From Acetobacteraceae bacterium (GTDB lineage: Bacteria; Pseudomonadota; Alphaproteobacteria; Acetobacterales; Acetobacteraceae): a stretch of 64,000 bases of DNA. This document shows, piece after piece, positions 18,135-32,813 of the stretch (the stretch's first letter is position 1; every line of letters begins with the position of its first letter). Location of the stretch: the NCBI GenBank assembly GCA_049519555.1, contig JBEKQQ010000027.1:10533-74532 (forward strand). The letters run 5' to 3'. The position numbers and the translations under genes were made by a program. The notes below the pieces were generated by a model. That model made no database searches. It was not told where the DNA came from and worked only from the letters and a program-made list of their open reading frames with translations.

Positions 18135-18500
18135 CTATTTGCAAGGATAGCGTTCGCCGAGGAACTTAAACAGCCCGTCCAGCGCCGGCAGATCGCGATT
18201 GGCGGGCGTCGCCCGCACCCAGGTCACAAAGTCGTGCATTGTGGCGGTTCGGGTCGGTGCCGGAACCGGGAAACAAAACGGCTTCCGGTCGCCGGCGCCG
18301 TGCAATCTGGTATCAACCGCGCCCTGGGCAAACCCGTGGCAATAATTGATTTTGGCATCGGCACCTGGAGAACCCGGTTCAGCGGCACAAAGCGCAGCCA
18401 GTTCGCCGGCCGTATGCGCCTGCAGCAAGATCGGTTCCGCCGCTCCAGCCGAGCCGGACAGTAACCCCAGACCACAAGCCAACACCACTAACCACTTCAT
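18135..18500 (-). CDS. Secreted Rap1a/Tai4-like small protein
   Basis: Internal ATG at 18500 gives the signal peptide [23 protein letters not shown], then [11 protein letters not shown] and FCFPV...YPCK, the Cys pattern I associate with Rap1a/Tai4 immunity-like proteins. ATGA overlap with the queC stop. Confidence 0.5.
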   Translation of the reverse strand: MKWLVVLACGLGLLSGSAGAAEPILLQAHTAGELAALCAAEPGSPGADAKINYCHGFAQGAVDTRLHGAGDRKPFCFPVPAPTRTATMHDFVTWVRATPANRDLPALDGLFKFLGERYPCK

Positions 18501-19213
18501 CCATCGCTCCCTTGCAACGCATCGCCCCGCCAGCGCCGCCACCCTTCGGCGCGCAATGTACACGCCGGACACGTACCGCAGCCATAGCCCCACTCGTGCA
18601 ACTGCGACCGATCGCCAAGATAACAACTATGCGTTGCCACGCGGATCATTTCCACTACAGCGTCGCCCCCCAACGTTTGGGCCAATTCCCACGTGGCTGC
18701 CTTGTCGCGCCACATCAATGGGGTTTCCAGGATGAAGCGCCGGTTCATCCCCAGATTGAGCGCCAGTTGCATCGCTTTGACGGTATCGTCGCGGCAGTCG
18801 GGGTAGCCGGAATAGTCGGTCTCGCACATCCCCGCGACGATGCGGCGCAATCCGCGGCGGAAGCCGATTGCAGCGGCGCAGGTCAGGAACAACAGGTTGC
18901 GGCCCGGGACGAAGGTGTTGGGCAAACCTTCCTCGGTCATGGCGATCGTCGCCTCCGAGGTCAGCGCGGTGTCGCCCAGACCGGCGATGACAACACTCAG
19001 GTCGACGATGTGATCCGGGCCAAGGCGCGGCGAGGCCAGCGCGGCTCGGATGGGATCGCGGCACGCCAACTCGATCGCGTGGCGCTGGCCGTACCGAAAA
19101 CCGACAGTTTCGACATGGGCGTAGCGTTGCAAAGCCCAGATGAGGCAGGTTGCAGAGTCCTGGCCGCCGGAAAATAGCACCAGGGCGTGATCGGGAGGCA
19201 GGGGCGCAGCCAT
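18497..19213 (-). CDS. queC: 7-cyano-7-deazaguanine synthase
   Basis: [20 protein letters not shown]-loop and C-terminal CGTCPAC zinc motif. Confidence 0.9.
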   Translation of the reverse strand: MAAPLPPDHALVLFSGGQDSATCLIWALQRYAHVETVGFRYGQRHAIELACRDPIRAALASPRLGPDHIVDLSVVIAGLGDTALTSEATIAMTEEGLPNTFVPGRNLLFLTCAAAIGFRRGLRRIVAGMCETDYSGYPDCRDDTVKAMQLALNLGMNRRFILETPLMWRDKAATWELAQTLGGDAVVEMIRVATHSCYLGDRSQLHEWGYGCGTCPACTLRAEGWRRWRGDALQGSDG

Positions 19214-19258
19214 CCACCGATCATGGCAGCGTTCGCGCGGCCCGTCACTCGGCGAGGA

Positions 19259-20296
19259 TCAAATCGGATCCGCGCCGACCCTCACCAGCAATTTGCCAAA
19301 ATTCTGACCCGTCAGAATGGCGGCCAGCGCGTTCGGGGCATTGTCCAGCCCGTCATGCACATCCTCGCGGTAGATCAGGCCGCCATCGGCAACCAAAGGC
19401 GTGGCAAGCATGCGCCACTCGGTCAACCGTTCCGGCCGGTCGGATACGATAAAGCCCTGGATCAGCACGCGCTTGCCGACCACGAACCCGAGGTTGGGGC
19501 CCGGCGGGAACACATGCTCGTTGTATTGCGAGACCATCCCGCACATCGCTACACGCGCGAACGGATTGAGCTGCTCGAACACCCCCGCCTGCACCTCGCC
19601 GCCGACATTTTCGAAATATCCGTCGATGCCGTCCGGGCACTCCGCCCGCAGCTCGGCGCGCAGATCGTGCGAGCGGTGGTCGACACAAGCGTCGAAGCCG
19701 AGGCTGTCCTGCACCCATAGGCATTTGTCCGGCCCGCCGGCGATCCCCACCACCCGCGCGCCAGCCCGTTTGGCAAGCTGTCCGGCCACTGAGCCGACCG
19801 CACCGGATGCGGCCGAGACAACGATGGTCTCTCCGGCTTTCGGCTTCAGGATCTCGGTGACGCCGGCGTAAGCCGTGGCACCTGGCATGCCCAGTATGCC
19901 GAGATAGGCGGAAAGGGGCGCACCCTGGCGTTCGATTTTCACCAGGTGATCGCCCTTTGAGATGTTGTGCGTCTGCCAACCTCTCGCACCGACCGCGATA
20001 TCGCCTACGGCAAAGCCTGGATGTTGCGAGGCGATGACCTCGCCCACGGTTTCGCCGGTCATCACCTCGCCGATCTGGATGGCGACAGCGTAGGTCTGCT
20101 CCTCACGCAGCCGGCCACGCATATACGGGTCGATCGAGAGCCAGATCGTTCGTGTCACCACCTCTCCAGGGCCGGGCGTTGGGATTTCGTCTTCCTGGAC
20201 TTCGAAGTCGGACGCTTCCGGCTCGCCGCGTGGACGGCGCTTCAGGACAACGGAACGCCGGGTGGCGGTGTTACCAAGGGGGGTGGCCGACATCAC
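19259..20296 (-). CDS. NADP-dependent oxidoreductase, MDR family (YncB/CurA alkenal reductase-like)
   Basis: 345 aa. WLSIDPYMRGRL and VVSAASGAVGSVAGQLAK motifs. Confidence 0.8.
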   Translation of the reverse strand: MMSATPLGNTATRRSVVLKRRPRGEPEASDFEVQEDEIPTPGPGEVVTRTIWLSIDPYMRGRLREEQTYAVAIQIGEVMTGETVGEVIASQHPGFAVGDIAVGARGWQTHNISKGDHLVKIERQGAPLSAYLGILGMPGATAYAGVTEILKPKAGETIVVSAASGAVGSVAGQLAKRAGARVVGIAGGPDKCLWVQDSLGFDACVDHRSHDLRAELRAECPDGIDGYFENVGGEVQAGVFEQLNPFARVAMCGMVSQYNEHVFPPGPNLGFVVGKRVLIQGFIVSDRPERLTEWRMLATPLVADGGLIYREDVHDGLDNAPNALAAILTGQNFGKLLVRVGADPI

Positions 20297-21357
20297 GCTG
20301 CCTCCGCTTTCAGGACCAGGCGGCCGGTAACTTTGCCGTCGCGCAACCGCATGAGCGCGTCGTCGGCCTGGTTTTGCGGTACCGTGGCCACCGGAAGCGC
20401 TTCCAGCGACCCCTCCTGGGCCAGCTTGATCAGCTCCCGTAGCTCCTTCGGGTTGCCGACATAGGAGCCCTGCACGGTCAATGCGCGGATCGCCATGATA
20501 GGCAGCGGCAGCATCAGCTCGCCACCGAACAGGCCGACCTGGACCAGCTTGCCACCCTTGCGCAACGCGCCAAAGGCAAATCGTGCGGTCTGGGTGCCGT
20601 TCACGAGGTCGATCACCGCCAGCACGGGACCGCCTGCTGCGTCGATGATGCGTTTCGCCACGTCCGGGCCGTTGCCGTCGACCACCTTGTGAGCACCCGC
20701 CTTTAGCGCGGTCTCGCGCTTCTCCGGGCTGATATCGACCGAAATGATGTTCTGATGCTTCAGTGCCAACAGCACCTTGATGGCGTTCAGCCCGAGGCCT
20801 CCGGCGCCAACCAGCACGATCGCCTCATGCGGCGGGACCGGCATGGCCTTCCGGATGGCGGAATAGACCGTGATGCCGGAGCACGCATAGGTCGCCGCCA
20901 CCGCCGGATCGACCTCGCCTGGATCGATCAGATGCCGCGGGTGCGGGGCAATGACGTGCGTGCCGTAGCCGCCGTTGGCATAGACGCCCAGGCTGCGGGC
21001 AGCGCGGACGCACATGTTGTCTTCTTCGGCGAGGCAAGTCTCGCAGGTGCCGCAGCCCAGCCAGGGAAACACGATGCGGATGTCGCCGACGTTCACGCCC
21101 TTGGCGGCGGGGCCCAGTTTGGCGACACGGCCGACAATCTCGTGGCCCATGGCGAGCGGCAGGGTCACGCCGCGATCGGCCAACGACATCTTTTGTCCGC
21201 CACCGACGTCGTAATATCCCTCCCAGATGTGCAGATCGGAATGACAGACGCCGCAATGGGAGACTTCGACCAACACCTCGGTGCCTTTAGGCTCGGGCGT
21301 GGGGAGCTCGAGTTCCTGAAGCGGTTTTCCGTTCTCGACGACGGCCCAGGCGCGCAT
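20293..21357 (-). CDS. Zinc-dependent alcohol dehydrogenase
   Basis: VSHCGVCHSDLHIWEGYYD catalytic Zn motif, structural Zn cluster CGTCETCLAEEDNMC, GAGGLG Rossmann motif. ATGA overlap with the downstream gene. Confidence 0.9.
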   Translation of the reverse strand: MRAWAVVENGKPLQELELPTPEPKGTEVLVEVSHCGVCHSDLHIWEGYYDVGGGQKMSLADRGVTLPLAMGHEIVGRVAKLGPAAKGVNVGDIRIVFPWLGCGTCETCLAEEDNMCVRAARSLGVYANGGYGTHVIAPHPRHLIDPGEVDPAVAATYACSGITVYSAIRKAMPVPPHEAIVLVGAGGLGLNAIKVLLALKHQNIISVDISPEKRETALKAGAHKVVDGNGPDVAKRIIDAAGGPVLAVIDLVNGTQTARFAFGALRKGGKLVQVGLFGGELMLPLPIMAIRALTVQGSYVGNPKELRELIKLAQEGSLEALPVATVPQNQADDALMRLRDGKVTGRLVLKAEAA

Positions 21358-21453
21358 GGTGGAGGTCTCCTGTCGGTGTTTGGGGGATGGATAGCGCGCG
21401 GGTGAGAGCGGTCAAGCGGTGGGGCTGCAGTCGTGCAGACGGGTGTTTCCCCT

Positions 21454-21499
21454 GGTCTCGCACCCCGGTCTTGCCCCTGGTCTTGCCCCTGGTCTTGCC
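21454..21499. repeat. 12-nt tandem repeat (ggtcttgcccct), about 3.8 copies, intergenic
   Basis: 21467..21478 and 21479..21490 are identical, 21491..21499 is a partial copy, and 21454..21466 is a degenerate copy. Lies between the adh start (21357) and tRNA-Ala. Confidence 0.8.
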
Positions 21500-21552
21500 G
21501 TGCTACGGGGGCCTGGTTATAGGACCCGCTTCCACGCCCAACCGGTGTCCAT

Positions 21553-21628
21553 GGGGCCGTAGCTCAGTTGGGAGAGCGCCTGAATGGCATTCAGGAGGTC
21601 AGGGGTTCGATTCCCCTCGGCTCCACCA
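21553..21628 (+). tRNA. tRNA-Ala (anticodon GGC)
   Basis: ggggccgtagctcagttgggagagcgcctgaatggcattcaggaggtcaggggttcgattcccctcggctccacca. Cloverleaf with 7-bp acceptor stem including the G3:U70 Ala identity pair, anticodon loop atGGCat, GGTTCGATTCC T-arm, encoded CCA. Confidence 0.95.
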
Positions 21629-21849
21629 ATCCCCCGATCAGTCGCGGCGTCACTGTGACTTCATACCGTTGTCGTGCCGATGGGGTAAATTCAAACCGAT
21701 GCGATGGACTGCCGCTGCAACGGCATCTGTGCGCCACACTCGTAGCTATTGAGTGCACGGAGCGGGCCGGACCTCGCATTTGGCCGTCGGTGGAGGCATA
21801 CAGGCCAGCCAGCCCCACCCGGACCGGACAACATTCGGAGTCATTCGCC

Positions 21850-22998
21850 ATGCAAATCACCGAGGTCATTGCCCATCCGCTGGCAATCGCTTTTGCGCAG
21901 GGCAGCTGGACCGCGCACGAGTATATGGACCGCGCCCAACTGATCCTGGTCGAGCTGCGCACCGATGCGGGAGTGACCGGCTTCGGTGAGATCTCCGGTG
22001 GCCCGCAAAACATCATATGTGGGCTGATCAAGTCTTTTGCCGACGTCGTGCGGGGCATGGATCCTCTTGGGCACACCGAGATCTGGAGCCGGCTGTTTTC
22101 GCTGACGTCGCCGCGGCCAGGCGGTCTCGGCGGCTGGGATGGCCTGCCGCCTCCACTGCCGCGCAATCAGCGCCCGCAGATCATGGCCGCAATCGGCGGC
22201 ATCGATATCGCGCTGTGGGATATCAAGGGGAAGACGGTCGGCTTGCCGGTCTTTCGGTTGCTGGGCGGCACCCGGACCGAGGTGTTCACCTATTCCACCG
22301 GTGGATACTACGTCGAAGGCGAGTCTCTCGGTTCTGCTGCCAATGAACTCGCCGGGTTCGTTGCCGGTGGCTACCGGGCGGTAAAGTTGAAGACCGGCGC
22401 GCTGTCTTTGCAGGATGAAGTAACCCGCATCCGCCTGGTGCGCGAGGCGATCGGTCCCGAGGTGCTGTTCATGCTGGATATGAACGCACCGTATGACGTT
22501 GTGGACTGCATCGCGTTTGCCAAAGCCGTTGCGCCGTACGACATCTTTTGGTTGGAGGAACCGCTGCACTGGTATCTGCAACCGGCCGATTTCGTCCGGC
22601 TGGCCGCGGAGTCGCCCATTCCGCTGGCGCACGGCGAGCGGGAGTGGCACCGATTCACGGTCCGCGATTTCATTGATTCAGGTGCGATCCGTTTCGTCCA
22701 GTTCGACTCCACGCGGCACGCCGGGTTTACCGAATCGTTGCGTATCGCGCATTATGCGGAACTGAAACGAGTCACCATTGCGCCGCATTCAGTGGCACAT
22801 TTGCACGGCCATCTGGTATCAGCGTTCGGTGACGCGGCATTCGCTGCGGAATCACACGGCAACCCGGCCCGCCATCCGTTGCACCACGCAATATTTGAGG
22901 GTGGCGCCCATGCAAAAAATGGGATGGTTCAATTGTCCGAAGCGCCGGGCTTCGGATTGGAGATCAATTGGAAGGCCGTTGCCAGATTCCGCGCCTGA
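21850..22998 (+). CDS. Mandelate racemase / muconate lactonizing enzyme family (enolase superfamily)
   Basis: The track ORF starts at 21568 inside the tRNA. The ATG at 21850 gives MQITEVIAHPLAIAF...LILVELRTDAGVTGFGE, then AVKLKTG, FMLDMN, FWLEEP and HGE metal-ligand strand ends. Confidence 0.85.
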   Translation: MQITEVIAHPLAIAFAQGSWTAHEYMDRAQLILVELRTDAGVTGFGEISGGPQNIICGLIKSFADVVRGMDPLGHTEIWSRLFSLTSPRPGGLGGWDGLPPPLPRNQRPQIMAAIGGIDIALWDIKGKTVGLPVFRLLGGTRTEVFTYSTGGYYVEGESLGSAANELAGFVAGGYRAVKLKTGALSLQDEVTRIRLVREAIGPEVLFMLDMNAPYDVVDCIAFAKAVAPYDIFWLEEPLHWYLQPADFVRLAAESPIPLAHGEREWHRFTVRDFIDSGAIRFVQFDSTRHAGFTESLRIAHYAELKRVTIAPHSVAHLHGHLVSAFGDAAFAAESHGNPARHPLHHAIFEGGAHAKNGMVQLSEAPGFGLEINWKAVARFRA

Positions 22999-23215
22999 CA
23001 TTTTGTTATTGATTTGCGGCCGAGGGCAGTCCGTCGGTCACCACGCGGCCGGCGGTCCACTGCTTCCCGAAATAGCCAGGCATCACCGATCTCCTGCCGG
23101 CACGGCGAGCAACGAGTGGCCGCGACCCTGCATTCCAGGTGTGCGGTCCGAGATGGCGGGTTCTGAATGCAACGTCTGGATTGCGGCATCATGATCTGTA
23201 ATATCCAGTCGGCCA

Positions 23216-27166
<3,951 letters not shown>

Positions 27167-27353
27167 ACGTTGTCGTCGCGTGGCATGACAGTTCGACGAG
27201 ATAACGGCAGGCAACGAATGACCCGTCCGCCGACCTCGGAGTTTCATGGTCTGGCGCGCATCGGCCCGTCGCCTGGTTGGGTCGTTCTCCAGCGATCAGC
27301 TTCTCAGAACAACGTCGTAACTGAGATCAGCAAGTCCACGCAGCGAGATCGCG

Positions 27354-28508
27354 TCACTTTGACGTTGTCGCGATCGTGTGGGATGCAATGATAAATTCTT
27401 CGTCGGTCGAAATCTCCCGGACTTCGACACCGGCCGCGGCTTTTGAACGACCCTCGGCTTCATCGTTGGCAGCCTGGACCCCGAGCCATTGCAACCGGGC
27501 ACAGACATCGCTGCGGATCTGCGCACTATTTTCGCCGATGCCGCCGGTGAAGACCAGCAGGTCCATTCCGTTCATGGCCATTGCCATCACGGCAATCTGC
27601 TCCGCGATGCGGGCGCAAAACTGATCGACGGCCGCCTTTGCGTTCGGATCGGCGCTCGCGAGCAACGTCCGCATATCGGCGGAACAGCCGGACACGCCGA
27701 GCAGGCCGGATTTGCGGTAAAGCAGGTCTTCGATTTCGGCCACCGACATGCCTTGCGATTGCAGCAGATACAACACGAGGCCAGGATCGATCGCGCCGCT
27801 TCTGGTTGCCATCATGAGCCCGTCGAGCGGCGTGAAGCTCATCGTAGTGTTGACGCTTGTTCCGTTGTGAATCGCGCAGAGGCTGCAACCGCTGCCGAGA
27901 TGAGCGACGACCAAACGCAGATCCGGTCGATTGATTTGCTGAACGATGTATTCGAATGAAAGCCCATGAAAACCATAGCGGCGAATACCCTTCGCTTCGA
28001 ACTCGAGCGGCAGCGCGAACCGGCGATAGATCGGGGAAAGGGTGCGGTGGAAGGCAGTGTCGAAGCAGGCGACCTGGGGCAACTCCGGCCGCAACGACAG
28101 GATGCTGCGGGCGGGATCGAGACAGCCCGATTGGTGCAGTGGCGCCAAAGGCGTCAGGTGCTCGAGCCGTCGAATGATCTCGGCATCGATCAGGACCGGC
28201 GCGGAAAAATCGAGGCCGCCGTGAACGATCCGATGACCGACGGCACATAGTTTTCGGCCGCCGAGCAATGGCTCGATTCGTTCCAGCAAGATCGCCGCAA
28301 GGTCAGCTTGCGTATCGGACGCATTCAGCCTGACGTCCTGGATCGGTTTGCCGGCCGCATCCTTAATTATAAATTCGCTGTCACCCGCGTCCCGGTCCAG
28401 CATGCCTCGCAACAGCAGAACGGGTTCCGGCGCCTGCACCTCATAAACTTTAAACTTGACGCTGGATGAGCCGGCGTTAAGCGCCAGGATCGCTTGCACC
28501 GCCCACAC
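27354..28508 (-). CDS. ackA: Acetate kinase
   Basis: [17 protein letters not shown]-terminal motif and [11 protein letters not shown]. Overlaps the 3' end of the phosphoketolase gene. Confidence 0.9.
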   Translation of the reverse strand: MWAVQAILALNAGSSSVKFKVYEVQAPEPVLLLRGMLDRDAGDSEFIIKDAAGKPIQDVRLNASDTQADLAAILLERIEPLLGGRKLCAVGHRIVHGGLDFSAPVLIDAEIIRRLEHLTPLAPLHQSGCLDPARSILSLRPELPQVACFDTAFHRTLSPIYRRFALPLEFEAKGIRRYGFHGLSFEYIVQQINRPDLRLVVAHLGSGCSLCAIHNGTSVNTTMSFTPLDGLMMATRSGAIDPGLVLYLLQSQGMSVAEIEDLLYRKSGLLGVSGCSADMRTLLASADPNAKAAVDQFCARIAEQIAVMAMAMNGMDLLVFTGGIGENSAQIRSDVCARLQWLGVQAANDEAEGRSKAAAGVEVREISTDEEFIIASHTIATTSK

Positions 28509-30882
28509 TCCTCGTGCCTTGCCAATGCCAGTTTTGAATCTCCGGCATGTCCTCGCCGTGCTCGCGAATGTAGCGGTGGTGTTCGATCAGTTTGGCATGG
28601 AACATCTGCCGCGCCGGAGCCGCCTTCCCGGCGAGTGCCGGGATGCGTTCGATCGCTGCGATCGCGAGATGGTATCTGTCGAGTTCGTTGAGCACGACCA
28701 TATCAAACGGCGTCGTCGTCGTGCCCTTCTCGCGAAACCCGCGAACATGCATGTGGTCGTGGTTGGCGCGTTTATAAGTGAGGCGATGAACCATGTAAGG
28801 ATAACCGTGATAAGCGAACATCACCGGCTTGTCGGGTGGGAAAATCCGATCGAAGTCCTGATCGGAAAGTCCGTGCGGATGCTGTTCCTGCGGCTGCAGT
28901 GCCATCAGGTCGACAACGTTGACCACCCGGATGCCGAGCTCGGGAAAGGCCTCGCGAAGCAGGGTAACCGCTGCCAGCGTTTCCAACGTCGGGACATCGC
29001 CGGCGCAGGCCATCACAATGTCAGGCGAATTGGATGTTTCCGTACCGGCCCAATGCCAGATGCCGATGCCTGCGGCGCAATGCGCCTCGGCCTCCGCCAT
29101 CGGCATCCATTGCGGCTCCGGCTGCTTGCCGGCGACGATGACGTTGATGCGGTCATAGGTGCGAAGACAATGATCGGTCACCCACAGCAAGCTGTTGGCA
29201 TCGGGTGGAAAGTAGATGCGAACGATATCCGCATTCTTGTTGGCGACGAGATCGACGAAGCCAGGATCCTGGTGGCTGAAACCGTTGTGGTCCTGTCGCC
29301 AGACGTGCGAACTCAGCAGATAATTCAGCGAGGCGATCGGCTGTCGCCACGGCAGGCGTCGCGACACCTCGAGCCATTTTGCATGCTGGTTGAACATCGA
29401 ATCGACGATGTGGACGAAGGCCTCATAGCAGTTGAACAGGCCGTGCCGCCCAGTGAGGAGGTAGCCTTCGAGCCAACCCTGGCACAGGTGCTCGCTCAGG
29501 ACTTCCATTACACGGCCGTCTTGCGCGAGGTGAACGTCGTACGGCTCGATCGTTTCCATCCAGACCCGATCGGTCGCTTCGAACACGTCGTCCAGCCGGT
29601 TCGAGGCGGTCTCGTCCGGGCCCATCACACGGAAGATCCTTGCCTCGGCATTGAGCCGGATCACGTCTCGCAGATAACCACCCATGACGCGCGTGGCTTC
29701 CGCCGTGGGGCTGCCTGCCGAGGGTACCGCGACCGCATGCGTGCGATAGTCGGGTAATTCGAGCTTGCGTTTCAACATGCCGCCATTTGCATGCGGATTT
29801 GCCCCCATGCGACGGGCACCGACAGGCGCCAGTGCTTGCAAGTCCGGCATGAGGCGCCCGTCGGCATCGAACAATGTTTCAGACCGATAGCTGCGCATCC
29901 AGGTGTTCAGAATTTCCAGATGCGCGGGGTTGGTCTTCACCGCGTCGACCGGCACCTGGTGAGCGCGCCAGAAACCTTCGACTTTCTTGCCATCGACTTC
30001 CTTAGGCCCTGTCCAGCCCTTGGGACTACGCAGGACGATCATTGGCCATCGCGGCCGTTGCGTGTTGCCCACGGTCCTGGCGCCGCGTTGGATAGCAGCG
30101 ATGCGATCGAGCGCTTCGTCGATCGCATGCGCCATCTGCCGATGCATCTCCGCTGGTTCATCACCTTCTACGGCCAGCGGCTCGTGGCCATAGCCGCGCA
30201 GCAAACTGAACAACTCGTCATCGTCCAGACGCCCAAGAATGGTAGGATTGGCGATCTTGTACCCGTTGAGATGCAGGATCGGCAGGACTGCACCGTCGTG
30301 CACGGGATTGAGGAACTTGTTCGAATGCCATGAAGCCGCGAGAGGTCCTGTCTCTGCCTCACCGTCGCCGATCACGCAGGCGACGACCAGATCCGGATTG
30401 TCGAACGCTGCGCCATGCGCGTGCACCAGGGCATAACCGAGTTCGCCGCCTTCATGGATCGAGCCAGGCGTTTCCGGGGCAGCGTGGCTGGGAATGCCGC
30501 CTGGAAAGGAAAATTGCCGGAACAGCTTGCGCAGACCCTCGGTATCGCGGCTGATATCGGGATAAATCTCGGTATACGTGCCCTCGAGATAAGTGTTCGC
30601 CACCACCCCGGGGCCGCCGTGCCCTGGGCCGCAAACAAAAATCACGTTGAGGTCCCGCGCTTTGATGGCGCGATTGAGATGGGCATAGATGAAGTTAAGC
30701 CCGGGAGTGGTGCCCCAGTGGCCGAGCAGGCGTGGCTTGATGTGGTCCGGACGCAAAGGTTCCCGGAGCAACGGATTGTCCAAAAGATAGATCTGCCCGA
30801 CCGACAGGAAATTCGCGGCATGCCAATAGCGATCGAGCAGCTGAAGCTCTGTTTCGGTGGGAGAAGTGCGCACGTCATTCAT
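28477..30882 (-). CDS. xfp: Xylulose-5-phosphate/fructose-6-phosphate phosphoketolase
   Basis: [40 protein letters not shown] and EGGELGY motifs. Start placed at ATG 30882 (MNDVRTSP); the track start is 30909. Confidence 0.9.
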   Translation of the reverse strand: MNDVRTSPTETELQLLDRYWHAANFLSVGQIYLLDNPLLREPLRPDHIKPRLLGHWGTTPGLNFIYAHLNRAIKARDLNVIFVCGPGHGGPGVVANTYLEGTYTEIYPDISRDTEGLRKLFRQFSFPGGIPSHAAPETPGSIHEGGELGYALVHAHGAAFDNPDLVVACVIGDGEAETGPLAASWHSNKFLNPVHDGAVLPILHLNGYKIANPTILGRLDDDELFSLLRGYGHEPLAVEGDEPAEMHRQMAHAIDEALDRIAAIQRGARTVGNTQRPRWPMIVLRSPKGWTGPKEVDGKKVEGFWRAHQVPVDAVKTNPAHLEILNTWMRSYRSETLFDADGRLMPDLQALAPVGARRMGANPHANGGMLKRKLELPDYRTHAVAVPSAGSPTAEATRVMGGYLRDVIRLNAEARIFRVMGPDETASNRLDDVFEATDRVWMETIEPYDVHLAQDGRVMEVLSEHLCQGWLEGYLLTGRHGLFNCYEAFVHIVDSMFNQHAKWLEVSRRLPWRQPIASLNYLLSSHVWRQDHNGFSHQDPGFVDLVANKNADIVRIYFPPDANSLLWVTDHCLRTYDRINVIVAGKQPEPQWMPMAEAEAHCAAGIGIWHWAGTETSNSPDIVMACAGDVPTLETLAAVTLLREAFPELGIRVVNVVDLMALQPQEQHPHGLSDQDFDRIFPPDKPVMFAYHGYPYMVHRLTYKRANHDHMHVRGFREKGTTTTPFDMVVLNELDRYHLAIAAIERIPALAGKAAPARQMFHAKLIEHHRYIREHGEDMPEIQNWHWQGTRSVGGASDPGA

Positions 30883-31182
30883 TCCCGGAACCTCGATATT
30901 CAATAGCATAGGTGGATTTAGGTTCCCACCCCGGTCCGGGGAGCTGCCGTTTGCCGAAACGCACGAAAGATTTGTGACATTAAATCAGTGCGCTACCATC
31001 GTTCCGACATCGAACTGGACAATAAGATACTGAACCATGAGATCATGACAAGTGAATGAACCCAGGCCGCCAAGCCCAAACATCACCAAAATCCAGAATA
31101 CGCCGGCGAGCGCGTCGTCATGATCCGCCGCGTCATGAAATCATGCTCTGGCCATGCCGCCCCCCCCGTACTGGGATCAGCG

Positions 31183-31503
31183 TCAGGCTGTGGATCGGCG
31201 TGCCGTCTTGCGTTTCCTCGTTGCCGCCGCTTTCTTCGCGGATGCGGAACGAGCGGCCGCCGGACGTGACGCCGCGTACGCGCCGCCAATTTGTCCTCCT
31301 TTATGCGCCGCCGGATGACCGGTTCGCTTGCCCTGGCCGCTGCCACCGCTTCGCTTACCGCCGCCGTCGTCCTTGTTCACCGTCGCCCAGGCGCGGCGTT
31401 CGGCCTCTTGCTCTGGAACACCGCGTTCCTCGTAGCTTTCGGCAATATGATCCGCCTTGCGTTCCTGCTTGTCGGTGTATTTCGATTTGTCTCCGCGTGG
31501 CAT
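31183..31503 (-). CDS. Small basic protein of the type often annotated plasmid stabilization protein
   Basis: ATG at 31503 preceded by AAAGGACGAG. MPRGDKSKYTDKQERKADHIAESYEERGVPEQEAERRAWATVNKDDGGGKRSG followed by a Gly/Lys/Ala-rich tail. Confidence 0.6.
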   Translation of the reverse strand: MPRGDKSKYTDKQERKADHIAESYEERGVPEQEAERRAWATVNKDDGGGKRSGGSGQGKRTGHPAAHKGGQIGGAYAASRPAAARSASAKKAAATRKRKTARRSTA

Positions 31504-31931
31504 TGGCTCGTCCTTTCGTCTCATGTCACCCGAACAGGTTGTTAACAACCCACGCGCTGGTTAGGTTGCATCCAAAGCCTGCTGCTACTTAGCCAGGCGT
31601 GCCGGTCGTCAGATATGTCGCAATGGCGTCAATCGATCAGGATCCCGGGCCCCCTCTGGCGTCACCGCTGATGTCGGACGCGAACCAGCCGTGCAACGCG
31701 AACCGCTGCAACCGCCCGTCGTTCCGGTCCGCGTCGGCAAGATTTTTCGGCGTGACCGCGACGGCAGCAACGCGCTGGAACCCACCGCGCAGACCTTCAC
31801 TTTAAAGAGTCACGTTGTAAAGACTCACTTTTTGTACTGGGCGAGGTCCCGACCATGGGCGAGCCTGATATCGCTTCCGCAAGCAATTTTGCACCGTTCT
31901 GCTTTGAACACCGCGTCCTGGGCCAACCGCA

Positions 31932-32549
31932 TTGAGCGATGTTCCGCTCGCCGCCTCCCTCGCCGCGCTGCGGCGCGAGGAGGCCGCGTGCCAGCGTTGC
32001 AGCCTATATCGCCACGCAACGCAGGTCGTCCCCGGCGAAGGCCCGCTCCGCGCCAGGCTCATGCTCATCGGCGAGCAACCGGGCGACCGTGAAGACCTCG
32101 CCGGCAAGCCGTTCGTTGGACCAGTTGGCCGGGTCCTTTCGCGCGCAATGCAGGAGGCGGCCGTTCCGCGCCACGAGGTCTTCGTCACCAATGCAGTAAA
32201 GCATTTCAGGTTCGAGCAGGGGGGCAAACGCCGCATACATCAACGGCCCGCCGTCAGCGAGATCGAGGCCTGCCGCTGGTGGCTGGATCGTGAACTGGCC
32301 CTCATCAAACCGGCCGTCATATTGGCGTTGGGTACCACCGCAGCACGCGCTGTGCTTGGCCGCACGATCGCAATCCACCAGGCGCGCGACCGTACCGAAA
32401 TGCTCGCTGACGGCACGCTCGTGCGGGTAACGATTCGTCCATCTGCATTGTTGCGGCGGCAAACGGAAGCGGAGATTGACGCCGAATATCAAAGATTCGT
32501 CGGCGACCTCCGCATGGCGGGCGCGCTCGTTGGCTACGGTGCTACGGCC
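31932..32549 (+). CDS. udgX: UdgX-type family-4-like uracil-DNA glycosylase domain (no in-frame stop until 33830)
   Basis: TTG start. CQRCSLY Fe-S Cys pair, motif A GEQPG (32070..32084), VTNAVKHF, KRRIH loop (32226..32240), motif B region reads TIRPSALLR with Arg (cgt 32436..32438) where family 4 and UdgX have His. The 3' end is undefined because the frame runs on into the HlyD-like gene. Confidence 0.7.
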
Positions 32550-32813
32550 AAGGTCTCAGCGCTTTCAGGCATGCGAGCCGGAACCATCGGCGGTGGCCCA
32601 GACTTTATAGCGAGGCGAGCGAGGATCCCGGCACGCGGCAATGCCGCGGCGCCTGATCCGGCTTGGCAATGGCGCGCAACGCGCCTGGTACCACGCCGAG
32701 ACCGCAATGGCTTCTGGTTGGAGGCAATCATTCCCGACGATCCGCGCCACGCCATCGGCACAGACACGCGGCCCGCCCCCCGGACGCCACGGGAGCGGCC
32801 GCACGATTTCCTG

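Noticed and set aside
17103-18464. 453-aa plus-strand ORF, and similar long ORFs 28456..29757 (+), 48010..49344 (-), 54394..55704 (-), 59207..60649 (+), 60961..62073 (+), 9890..10936 (-), 6600..7823 (+)
   Set aside because: All are antisense to genes with clear family motifs. Their translations are low-complexity Arg/Gly/Pro/His-rich strings, the expected stop-codon-poor shadow frames of GC-rich DNA.
21568-21849. N-terminal extension of the enolase-superfamily ORF overlapping tRNA-Ala
   Set aside because: The extension begins inside the tRNA gene and has no family similarity. The conserved N-terminus starts at the ATG at 21850.
21553-21850. tRNA-Ala as the attachment site of a genomic island
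   Set aside because: No integrase, no tRNA 3'-end direct repeat seen downstream, and normal GC in the following genes. The low-GC island lies 29 kb away and is not tRNA-linked.
30883-30926. GGAAC at 30926..30922 (minus strand) upstream of xfp as another EcfG promoter
   Set aside because: The -10 position after a 16-17 nt spacer reads TATT/ATTG rather than CGTT, so only the -35 half matches.
31894-31908. GTTC-N6-GAAC upstream of the udgX-like gene as a LexA/SOS box
   Set aside because: The alphaproteobacterial LexA site is a direct repeat (GTTC-N7-GTTC / GAAC-N7-GAAC). This sequence is an inverted arrangement with a 6-nt spacer, so it does not fit.
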